DNA from: Candidatus Iainarchaeum sp.
GTDB taxonomy: Archaea > Iainarchaeota > Iainarchaeia > Iainarchaeales > JAZDEL01
Direction of reading: 5' to 3'
DNA length: 32,000 bases
Assembly: GCA_043808785.1 (NCBI GenBank)
Contig: JAZDEL010000010.1
Span: 180,001 to 212,000, forward strand
The notes under the pieces: model-generated
Databases searched by the model: none
Told to the model about the DNA's origin: nothing
What the model saw: only the letters and a program-made list of their open reading frames with translations
Made by a program: the position numbers and the translations under genes
Shown here: positions 23,149 through 30,855 of the stretch, piece by piece
How positions within the stretch are numbered: position 1 is the first letter of the stretch
Layout of the letters: every line of letters begins with the position of its first letter

Positions 23149-24552
23149 ATGCTGAAGGTTTACAATTCACTCTCCCGCAAAAAGGAGGAATTCGCCCCGC
23201 TGAAGGGCAAAACCGTGGCAATGTATGTCTGCGGCCCCACTGTGTATGGGCCGGGGCACATAGGGCACGCGCGCACCTATGTCGCGTTCGACATAATCAG
23301 GCGCTATATGGAGTGGCGCGGCTATGCAGTCAAGTTTGTCATGAACATCACGGACGTCCACGACGACATGATAAAGCGCGCGGGCGAACTCGGCATAACC
23401 ATTTTCGAGCTCGCCGACAGGAACATCGCGCTCTTTTTCAAGGACATGGAGGAACTCGGCATAAAGCCCTCGGACAAAAACCCGCGGGTTACGGAAACAA
23501 TCCCCGACATCGTGGACGCGGTAAAAACCCTGCAGAAAAAAGGCTATGCATACGAAACCGCGGACGGGGTTTATTTCTCGGTTGCGAAGTTCAAGGGGTA
23601 CGGGAAGCTTTCGCGCCTGAACGCGAAGGAAACAAAAACAGGCACGCGCGTCGACACGGACAAATACGAGAAGCGCTCCGCATCCGATTTCGCGCTCTGG
23701 AAGAAATCGAAAGAGGGCGAACCCTCCTGGGATTCGCCGTGGGGAAAAGGCAGGCCTGGCTGGCACATAGAGTGCAGCGTGATGTCGCGCAAATTTTTAG
23801 GGGACAGGATAGACGTGCACGGCGGCGCGGTGGATTTGATTTTCCCGCACCACGAGAACGAAATAGCGCAGAGCGAAGCCCTTACGGGGAAAAAACCGTT
23901 CGTGAAATACTGGATGCATGCGGGCTTCCTCAATGTCGGGGGGGAGAAGATGAGCAAGAGCCTCGGGAACTTTATCGAAATTCCGGAGCTCCTGCGCGAG
24001 TACGACCCGAAGCTGTTCCGTTTCTTTGTTTCGGGTTTGCATTACAGGTCGCGCGTGAACTTCGAGAAAAGCCTGATGGAGGGCGAGAAGGCGACTCTGG
24101 GAAGGCTGAATGAGATGATACAGCGCCTGCTCTCAGTGAAGGGCGCAGGAAAGGGGGAAAAGAAAGGGAATGTGGCTGCACTTGTGGCTTCCTCACGCAA
24201 AAAGTTCGCGGAAAAGATGGATGATGACTTCAACCTTCCCGCCGCGTGGGCGGAACTGTTTGCCTTTGTGAAGAAAGTTAATGCGCTGCTCGCGGAAAAT
24301 AAACTCTCGCGCGCGGATGCGGAAGAAATCCTGAAATTCCTGCGCGAACTTGATTCCTTCCTCGGGGTTTTCACGTTCGAAAAAAAGGAGGAGGAAAAGC
24401 TTGGCGCCGATATTGGTGCCCTTGTTCAGGAGCGCGAAAAGGCGCGCAGGGAAAAGGACTTTTCAAAGGCGGATGAAATCCGCGAGAAACTGCGCGGGAT
24501 GGGAATACTCCTTGACGACACGCCGCAGGGCGTAAAGTGGAAGAGGGCGTGA
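23149..24552 (+). CDS. cysS: Cysteinyl-tRNA synthetase
   Basis: 467 aa from ATG 23149. CGPTVYGPGHIGHAR, WHIEC, KMSKSLGN. Confidence 0.95.
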   Translation: MLKVYNSLSRKKEEFAPLKGKTVAMYVCGPTVYGPGHIGHARTYVAFDIIRRYMEWRGYAVKFVMNITDVHDDMIKRAGELGITIFELADRNIALFFKDMEELGIKPSDKNPRVTETIPDIVDAVKTLQKKGYAYETADGVYFSVAKFKGYGKLSRLNAKETKTGTRVDTDKYEKRSASDFALWKKSKEGEPSWDSPWGKGRPGWHIECSVMSRKFLGDRIDVHGGAVDLIFPHHENEIAQSEALTGKKPFVKYWMHAGFLNVGGEKMSKSLGNFIEIPELLREYDPKLFRFFVSGLHYRSRVNFEKSLMEGEKATLGRLNEMIQRLLSVKGAGKGEKKGNVAALVASSRKKFAEKMDDDFNLPAAWAELFAFVKKVNALLAENKLSRADAEEILKFLRELDSFLGVFTFEKKEEEKLGADIGALVQEREKARREKDFSKADEIREKLRGMGILLDDTPQGVKWKRA

Positions 24553-24555
24553 CTG

Positions 24556-24972
24556 ATGAAAGTACTCATGTGGCACTGCAAAGAATTTGAAGCCGCGCTT
24601 GTCGGAGAATCCGACATGCCCGAAACCGTAATCCCTGAAAAAAAGAGGATGGAAACCGAAAAGATGGGCAACTGCATAGTGGCGATGGTCACTGTCGAGA
24701 AAAAAGATGTGCCTTCCGCGAGTTCGAAAAAGTGCGTTGCGGAAATAAAAAAATTCGCCGCAGACACAAAATCCGCAAATATCGTAGTAATGCCGTTTGT
24801 CCACCTTTCGAACAAGATAGCGGATTCGGGGCAGGCATTAAAAACGGTCGAACTTATCGAGGGTGCGCTGGCGGCGGATTTTAACGTATTGAGGTCCCAC
24901 TTCGGGCACCACAAGGAACTCCTCCTGCACACTTTCGGGCACAAGGTAAATGTCAGGTACAGGGAACTGTAA
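24556..24972 (+). CDS. Free-standing archaeal ThrRS-type editing domain (tRNA-Thr-ED-like trans-editing factor)
   Basis: 138 aa. Collinear with my memory of the Pyrococcus ThrRS N-terminal editing domain: MKVLMWHC.., VAMVTVEKKD, VVMPFVHLSNKIA (versus VYPFAHLSSELA), SHFGHHKELLLHTFGH (versus APFGYYKAFKISCKGH). Starts 3 nt after the cysS stop. Confidence 0.65.
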   Translation: MKVLMWHCKEFEAALVGESDMPETVIPEKKRMETEKMGNCIVAMVTVEKKDVPSASSKKCVAEIKKFAADTKSANIVVMPFVHLSNKIADSGQALKTVELIEGALAADFNVLRSHFGHHKELLLHTFGHKVNVRYREL

Positions 24973-25022
24973 CGCCCTTGCCAAAAGGTTTAAATAACTG
25001 GCAGCAGTATATATCAACTATA

Positions 25023-25068
25023 CCCGCCGCCACTGCTTCGGCGGTGGCGGGCGTTCCATATTCTTTTT
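25023..25068 (+). terminator. GC-rich hairpin (25023-25051) followed by T5 (25064-25068)
   Basis: CCCGCCGCC.../...GGTGGCGGG stem with one G-T pair. Lies downstream of the cysS/ThrRS-ED pair and about 27 nt downstream of a TATA box (24989-24996). Confidence 0.5.
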
Positions 25069-25094
25069 AACCTTTGTGGCTACTTTTACGTCAT

Positions 25095-25778
25095 ATGACG
25101 ATAGGCGGCAATTGCGATTCCGCGGTATTCATCGATGGCGGATTTTTCGACCATGTCCTTGACGATGCCGCGCCTCCGAAATTAAATCCTAAAAACCCCG
25201 AACGCGGCGAGTTTTTCCGCCTCGACTACAACCTGTTCGCGGAAAAACTGTGCGAACTGTGCGGAGCGAAACGGCTGAGGACGTATTATTATCACTGCCG
25301 CCCCATAGATGACGGCTCGGGGTATGCGAGGGCGAAGAACAATTTTTATAACGGCTTGATACGCACCCCGCGTTTCGAGTTCAGGGAGGGGAAATTGAGC
25401 AGGCACAGGCTGTTGTGCAAAAGCAAATCCTGCCAGCAGCCGCTCGTCTGCAAGGTTTGCGGGCGGGAGCAATGGAAAATCGAGCAGAAAAGAACCGACG
25501 ATTTGCTGATGGTCGATGTCGTTAGCCTGAGCTGGCGGTATCTCATAAAGAAGGCGATTCTTGTCGGCGGCGACAGCGATTTCGTCCCCGCGTTCAAGGA
25601 ATCGAAGGAGGCGGGAGTTATTGCATACCTTGCCAACTATGTGTCCCGCAACCCGAATTCAAAAGTCAGGGTTCACGACGAACTTTACGACTTGTTTGAT
25701 GAGCGGATTGAAATAACCCCCGAATTCATAATCTCCTGCGGGAAGTATGTGAAGAGGGCGGATGCGCCTGGCGGCTAA
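25095..25778 (+). CDS. NYN-domain (LabA/DUF88-like) predicted ribonuclease with inserted Cys4 zinc ribbon
   Basis: AVFIDGGFF at the N-terminus and ILVGGDSDFVPAF later are NYN/PIN-like acidic motifs. CKSKSC..(7)..CKVC insertion. Confidence 0.7.
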   Translation: MTIGGNCDSAVFIDGGFFDHVLDDAAPPKLNPKNPERGEFFRLDYNLFAEKLCELCGAKRLRTYYYHCRPIDDGSGYARAKNNFYNGLIRTPRFEFREGKLSRHRLLCKSKSCQQPLVCKVCGREQWKIEQKRTDDLLMVDVVSLSWRYLIKKAILVGGDSDFVPAFKESKEAGVIAYLANYVSRNPNSKVRVHDELYDLFDERIEITPEFIISCGKYVKRADAPGG

Positions 25779-25847
25779 AAACGCGCCAGCGCAACCCTTT
25801 TAAACAACCTGAAACAATACTCTAATTAGCCGCGGACCGCGGTTGGT

Positions 25848-25971
25848 GCATGTTATGGCTTCGGCGCTTGGCTTAACCCTCGGGGGCGGTGCCGCATGGT
25901 AGCCTCGGCGCTTAACCCGAACCGCAAAGGGGGCTTTGCATGGTAGCATCCGCGCTTGACCTGACCCTCCT
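25848..25971 (+). repeat. Three tandem, diverged copies (46, 44 nt) of the antiporter gene 5' end, each starting GCATGGTAGC-like
   Basis: Units at 25848, 25894 and 25938. The first two encode mini-ORFs MASALGLTLGGGAAW* (25855-25902) and MVASALNPNRKGGFAW* (25896-25946). The main ORF starts MVASALDLTLL at 25940. Confidence 0.85.
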
Positions 25972-27775
25972 CGTGGATTTGGGGCTTATACTTGTTCTCG
26001 CCACAGTGTTCAGCTACCTTGCAAGGGCGCTGAAACAGCCCAGCCTTATCGCATACATTGCGGCAGGGCTTGTTCTCGGCCCCCTTGGGCTGGGCGCGAT
26101 GGGAATAACCTTCGGCGGCGTTCCCCTGGGCGTAACCAACGTGCAGGATGTGATGATACTCTCGGAATTGGGTGTTGCGTTCCTGCTGTTCGGCGTGGGG
26201 ATTGAATCGAACTTTTCCAAACTCAGGGAATTGGGCAAGGTAGTGCTTGTCGGCGGCGTTGTGCAGGTGCTCGTAACCGCGCTCGTGGTTTTCCTTGCCG
26301 CATACCAGCTGGGGCTTGTCGGGTTTGAGCAGGCGGTTTACATAGGGCTGATTGTCGCTTTCTCAAGCACGGTAATTGTGGTAAAAATCCTCTCCGATTC
26401 GCACCAGATAAGCACGCTGCACGGCAGACTGCTTATAGGCTTCCTTGTTGTGCAGGACATGCTTGTGATTCTTGCAATGCCCCTGCTTGCAAACCTCGGC
26501 GAACTCCTCTCCCCTGCAGCCGTGCTCCCGATATTCATGCAGGGGGTTTTAATAATCGGCATCGCGTACCTGCTCAACAGGTATGCATACCCGAAAATTT
26601 TCGGCTTCGCAACAAAATCCGAGGAACTCCTCTCCCTTGTCGCGGTTTCCTCCTGCTTTGTTTTCATAGTTATAGCCTACCTGCTGAACTTTTCAATCGC
26701 TGTCGGTGCGTTCATCGCAGGCTTAAGCATTTCCACCCTTCCTTACAACCTCGAGGTTTACAACAAAATCCGCGGATTAAGGGATTTCCTTGCGACGATT
26801 TTCTTCGTAACTCTGGGGATGCAGATAAGCCTTGATTTCGTTTCCGTGCCGTTGGCGCTGGTGCTGCTTGTTGTGGGCGCGGTTTTTTTCCTCAAGCCGG
26901 CACTCATATACCTCATAAGCCTTTTCTCCGGCTTCGGTTCCAAGGTTTCACTTGTAGTTGCGCTCGCGCTTGCGCAGGTTTCCGAGTTCTCGTTCATATT
27001 GCTCAGCGAGGGCAGGGATGTCCTTGGCGTAACCCCCGGCCTTTACTCATTCCTCCTGCTCGTGATTGCTGTTTCAATGGTTATTACCCCATATGTGATG
27101 GCAAACACCGCGGGAATAAACGCGCTTTTCTCAAGGGTTTTCGGCACCGCCGCAGTGCCGCTTAAGCGCAAGGCGTTTTACAGGAGGATAAGCATGCTTG
27201 AAACAATTCCCGAGGGCCTGCGCAACCACATAGTCATTGTGGGAGGCGGAACAATGGGCCTCAGCCTTGCGACAGCGCTGAAAGGCAGCGACGAGCGCGT
27301 GATTGTTGTGGACCATGACTCTGAAAAGGTTTTCAAGTGCATGAAGGAGTGCATAAATGCCGTTTACGGCAGCGCTGAAAACACCGAGGTAATGCGGCGC
27401 GTGAACCTTGCGGAGGCGAAATTGCTCGTGCTTGCTATGCCTGATGTCCGCGCAACAAATTTCCTCATAACCCACGCGAAAAAAATAAACCCCTCGCTTG
27501 TTGTTTTCGCGCGCGCGCACTTTGCGAGTGACGCGCTCGATTTCTACGGGCGCGGCGCGGATTTTGTCGTAATGCCGCACATAATAGGCTCGAACATTTT
27601 CCTGCGCGAGGTGGGGAACTTCCTCGATAAGGGAAGGGTGAGTTACATAACCAATTACAAGGACGAATACCTGAAATACCTGAAGGAAGAGCTGGAGGGC
27701 AGGGGCGTTGCTCCCATATGCCCGCCGGATGAAACCAGAAAGGCCGCGCCCGAACTGTTCCCGAAAGAAGAATGA
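25940..27775 (+). CDS. Kef-type K+/H+ antiporter (CPA2) with C-terminal RCK/TrkA-N domain
   Basis: 611 aa. About 12-13 TM segments, then the Rossmann motif IVIVGGGTMGLSLA. Confidence 0.85.
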   Translation: MVASALDLTLLVDLGLILVLATVFSYLARALKQPSLIAYIAAGLVLGPLGLGAMGITFGGVPLGVTNVQDVMILSELGVAFLLFGVGIESNFSKLRELGKVVLVGGVVQVLVTALVVFLAAYQLGLVGFEQAVYIGLIVAFSSTVIVVKILSDSHQISTLHGRLLIGFLVVQDMLVILAMPLLANLGELLSPAAVLPIFMQGVLIIGIAYLLNRYAYPKIFGFATKSEELLSLVAVSSCFVFIVIAYLLNFSIAVGAFIAGLSISTLPYNLEVYNKIRGLRDFLATIFFVTLGMQISLDFVSVPLALVLLVVGAVFFLKPALIYLISLFSGFGSKVSLVVALALAQVSEFSFILLSEGRDVLGVTPGLYSFLLLVIAVSMVITPYVMANTAGINALFSRVFGTAAVPLKRKAFYRRISMLETIPEGLRNHIVIVGGGTMGLSLATALKGSDERVIVVDHDSEKVFKCMKECINAVYGSAENTEVMRRVNLAEAKLLVLAMPDVRATNFLITHAKKINPSLVVFARAHFASDALDFYGRGADFVVMPHIIGSNIFLREVGNFLDKGRVSYITNYKDEYLKYLKEELEGRGVAPICPPDETRKAAPELFPKEE

Positions 27776-27810
27776 GCGGAATTTTTCGCCAGCCTTTTTG
27801 CGGGCAGCGT

Positions 27811-27870
27811 GATTTTTGCCCAAGCAAAAATCCTTCTTTTTGTAAACTTTTTCTTGCAAAGAAAAAGTTT
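27811..27870. terminator. Two perfect palindromic hairpins between the convergent antiporter gene and tRNA-Trp
   Basis: GATTTTTGC-CCAA-GCAAAAATC (27811-27832). AAACTTTTTCTT-GCA-AAGAAAAAGTTT (27844-27870). T5 runs on both strands give bidirectional terminator logic. The second belongs to the AACTTTT hairpin family. Confidence 0.6.
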
Positions 27871-28006
27871 GGGGACAGAGGGATTTGAACCCCCATCAGC
27901 TGGTCGCTCCAACTTTTTGCAAACTTTTGGGAAGCGAAACTGCAAAAGTTTCGCGCTCCTAAAAGTTTCTGGAGCCAGCCGCACTGCCGGGTTATGCTAT
28001 GTCCCC
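27870..28006 (-). tRNA. tRNA-Trp(CCA) with 64-nt intron (27905-27968) at the canonical 37/38 position
   Basis: Minus-strand read: acceptor GGGGACA/TGTCCCC, discriminator A. Anticodon stem GCTGG/CCAGC, loop CT-CCA-GA. T-arm GGGGG-TTCAAAT-CCCTC. Strict BHB: CTCC/GGAG central helix, bulges AGA and CGA, outer helix AACTTTT/AAAAGTT. Confidence 0.85.
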
Positions 28007-28019
28007 TTTCGCGCTTGCG

Positions 28020-28667
28020 CTATTTTCCCTTAACGCCTTTCCAGTCTTCCCTGAACCTTTTTATTCCCGCGTCCGTGAGTTCATGCTTAAACATTTCCTC
28101 AATCACGCGGAAGGGCACAGTGGCAACGTCCGCGCCGAGGAGTGCCGCCTCTTTCACATGCTCCACAGAGCGGACACTTGCAACAATCACCTTTGTCTTC
28201 ATCCCGTAATTCCTGTAAACCTGCAGAATATCCCTTACAACATCCATTCCCTTTTCCCCTTTGTCATCAAGGCGCCCGACAAAGGGGCTCACGTAGTCCG
28301 CGCCCGCCTTTGCGGCAATCAGCGCCTGGTTCGCGCTGAACACAAGCGTCACATTGGTGCGAACGCCCTTTTTCTTCAGTCCGCGCACTGCCTTCATTCC
28401 CTCCTGCGTCATCGGAACCTTGATAATCACGTTCTTGTGAATCTTCGCGAGTTCCAATGCTTCCTTAACCATGCCGCTTGCGTCATCGCCCATAACCTCC
28501 GCGCTTACTGGGCCGTTGACAATGCCCGCAATTTCGCGCACCGTCTCCCTGAAATCCTTTCCCGCCTTTGCGACAAGCGTGGGGTTTGTTGTAACGCCGT
28601 CGGCAAGGCCCCATTCCGCAGCCTTCCTGACCTCCTCAACAACCGCGCTGTCCACGAATATCTTCAT
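28020..28667 (-). CDS. tal: Transaldolase / fructose-6-phosphate aldolase family (short type)
   Basis: 215 aa from ATG 28667. MKIFVDSA...[13 protein letters not shown] (Schiff-base Lys context), SPFVGRLDD. The ORF-track 5' extension is not needed. Confidence 0.9.
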   Translation of the reverse strand: MKIFVDSAVVEEVRKAAEWGLADGVTTNPTLVAKAGKDFRETVREIAGIVNGPVSAEVMGDDASGMVKEALELAKIHKNVIIKVPMTQEGMKAVRGLKKKGVRTNVTLVFSANQALIAAKAGADYVSPFVGRLDDKGEKGMDVVRDILQVYRNYGMKTKVIVASVRSVEHVKEAALLGADVATVPFRVIEEMFKHELTDAGIKRFREDWKGVKGK

Positions 28668-28696
28668 GCACTCGCCATTCAGAATTAGCCCTTCCT

Positions 28697-29695
28697 TTAT
28701 TTTAAATCCTTTTGGTTCAGCCGCGAACGCACCACTGAGCCTGTTTTTTCCAGCACGGCCCCTTTTCCCGTTCCCCTCGCCTTTCCCAGCGCGCGCATCC
28801 CCTTTGCGTGCTCTTTCTCCCATTCGCGCACGAACTTTCCGCTTTCTATGTTATGTAGCAGTTTTCCCAAGCCCTTGTCCTTTTCCCGCGCGCTTTCACC
28901 GAAAAACCGCGAGCCGAATTCCGCGGTATTGCTCACCCTTTCATACATCCCCTCTATGCCGTGCTTCTCAATCAGCGCACAAACCGAGGCTGCGCCCTGC
29001 ACGCAAAATAAGTAAGCGAGTTCGGCAGGGTAGCCGCGCTTGGTTAGTGTTTCAAATGCGTCTTTCATGGTTCCCGCTATGCCCCCGCAGAGCACAGCCT
29101 GCTCCCCGAAAAGGTCGCAAACGGTTTCGTGCCTCAAAGTGGTTTCAAGCACGCCGACGCGCGCCAAACCGATGCCCTTCGCGAGCGCAAGTGCAACGCC
29201 GTGTGCAGAGCCGCTCACATCTTGCTCAACCGCGATTAAGCCCATCAAACCCCCGCCCTTAACAAAATTCTCGCGTAGGGTTTTTCCGGGTCCGATTGAG
29301 GTGCACAGCACAATATCAACGTCCGCGCGCGGCTTTATGGTTCCGAAAACGATGTTCATCCCGTGCGCGAAAACGAGCGCGGAGCCGCGCTTAAGGTTTG
29401 GGGCAATTTCGCGCGCATACACATGCGGCTGTTCCTCGTCAGGAAGCAAAACCAAAACAACATCCGCTTTGCGGGTTGCGGTTGCGACATCAAAAACATC
29501 AAACCCCTCCCCTTTGGCGCGGTTCCAACTTTTTCCTTTGCGCACGCCCACAATTACATCAAGCCCCGAATCCCGCAGGTTCAGCGCCTGTGCCGAACCC
29601 TGCGAACCGAAACCCAATACTGCGATTTTTTTGTTTTTTAAGGGCGCGAGGGAGGCGCCCTTTTCGGAGAACCATTTTGCGGGCATATGCAGCAA
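28697..29695 (-). CDS. ilvC: Ketol-acid reductoisomerase (class I)
   Basis: 332 aa. [21 protein letters not shown] Rossmann motif and FAHGMNI, typical of KARI. Confidence 0.9.
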   Translation of the reverse strand: MLHMPAKWFSEKGASLAPLKNKKIAVLGFGSQGSAQALNLRDSGLDVIVGVRKGKSWNRAKGEGFDVFDVATATRKADVVLVLLPDEEQPHVYAREIAPNLKRGSALVFAHGMNIVFGTIKPRADVDIVLCTSIGPGKTLRENFVKGGGLMGLIAVEQDVSGSAHGVALALAKGIGLARVGVLETTLRHETVCDLFGEQAVLCGGIAGTMKDAFETLTKRGYPAELAYLFCVQGAASVCALIEKHGIEGMYERVSNTAEFGSRFFGESAREKDKGLGKLLHNIESGKFVREWEKEHAKGMRALGKARGTGKGAVLEKTGSVVRSRLNQKDLK

Positions 29696-29726
29696 TTTGT
29701 GCCCGAATCACTTTTTATACAATTTG

Positions 29727-30854
29727 TTAGCGTAGCCAATTCCCTTTGTAGATTCTATAGTGAGTCTTTAGTTTCTTGTGCCCTTCCTTGCTTAAAAAAT
29801 CTTCCCAGCCGTCTTTTGGAAATTGCCTGTTAAGGAACTCGTCGAAATGTTTAAATCTGCGCTGCCTGTATATCAGCGATTCCACTATTTTGCTCATTTC
29901 CTGCTTTTTCACATTTCCTAAGTATGTCAGCCAGTGGCGTTTTCCATATTTTGGTTGGAGCATGTTGTCATATGCGGAATAAACCGAAACAAAGGCGTTG
30001 CCTTCGGGGGTTATGGCAATTTCATCGGTCTTGAAACTGGCGCGTATTTCTTTGAGCTTGTCGAAGTCACGGGCAGTAGTGTCAGACCATGCTGGCGGCT
30101 TGTACTGCCTTGCGCCGCCCGCCCGTACTATGGACCTTGCCGGGTGTATGTCTATCCAGTAGGCTTCCAACGGGGCAGGCACCTTGCCCCCTATGGCTTC
30201 TAACGTTTCCTTGCTAACCCCCCTCGGGTCTGAAAGTTCCCGCCTCACGTCATTGGCATAGGGGCCCCTTACATTTATATGCAAATGCGGCTCCCTCAAT
30301 GACATGTCAGTTTTATAGAGGAAATTAGCCAGAAGAAAAATGCGGTCTTTAAGTTTTTTGTCCGTCTTAAAATGCGCGGGGTCTGCACTTATGTAAAAGT
30401 CTATTTTTGGATACGTGCCATCAATTAGCGGCTTCTGCAACTCCAACTGTCTCATTTTTTTTGAAAATTCTGCCGGATTTGCGGGAATAAAAGACCCGTT
30501 TGAAAGAACCTCTACTCGCAGCGCATCGCGTGCCGCTTCGCGCAATATCTTGAAAAAGTCCTTATGCAGGCTGGGCTCCCCGCCCGTGAGCCTTATTTTG
30601 GTGTATCTTGAGCTCATAGAGTGTATTACTTTCATTGCCACTGCCGTTTCCATATCCCTTTCGGTGCCGCGTTCAGACTTGCTGATGCAAAACTCACAGT
30701 TGGAATTGCAGCGGTTTGTTAGGATTAAAGTGACTCTATTTAGGTCATTAAACATAAAATTGTGGACTGCGTCCCTGAGATTGAAGTATTCTTGGCCCCT
30801 GCGCATGAAATCCCAGTCTTTTTTCGCCATTTTGGAAAACCCTTTCAGATACAC
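29727..30854 (-). CDS. Radical SAM enzyme, unknown function (AT-richer orphan)
   Basis: CNSNCEFC (CxxxCxxC) cluster motif at about residue 49, and GGEPSL SAM-binding motif. GTG start at 30854 lies 1 nt from the aminotransferase stop. Alternative ATG at 30830. Confidence 0.8.
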   Translation of the reverse strand: MYLKGFSKMAKKDWDFMRRGQEYFNLRDAVHNFMFNDLNRVTLILTNRCNSNCEFCISKSERGTERDMETAVAMKVIHSMSSRYTKIRLTGGEPSLHKDFFKILREAARDALRVEVLSNGSFIPANPAEFSKKMRQLELQKPLIDGTYPKIDFYISADPAHFKTDKKLKDRIFLLANFLYKTDMSLREPHLHINVRGPYANDVRRELSDPRGVSKETLEAIGGKVPAPLEAYWIDIHPARSIVRAGGARQYKPPAWSDTTARDFDKLKEIRASFKTDEIAITPEGNAFVSVYSAYDNMLQPKYGKRHWLTYLGNVKKQEMSKIVESLIYRQRRFKHFDEFLNRQFPKDGWEDFLSKEGHKKLKTHYRIYKGNWLR

Positions 30855-30855
30855 T

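Noticed and set aside
23127-24113. 328-aa alternative frame over cysS, plus antisense ORFs 23167-23766 and 24042-24944
   Set aside because: Arg/Gly-rich wrong-frame translations. The cysS frame carries HIGH and KMSKS motifs.
27905-27968. Box C/D sRNA inside the tRNA-Trp intron
   Set aside because: No RUGAUGA or properly placed CUGA boxes in the intron. The only CTGA nearby lies in the 3' exon.
28471-29735. Plus-strand ORFs (263 and 231 aa) over tal/ilvC
   Set aside because: Antisense to two strongly supported genes. Pro/Ser/Ala-rich composition.
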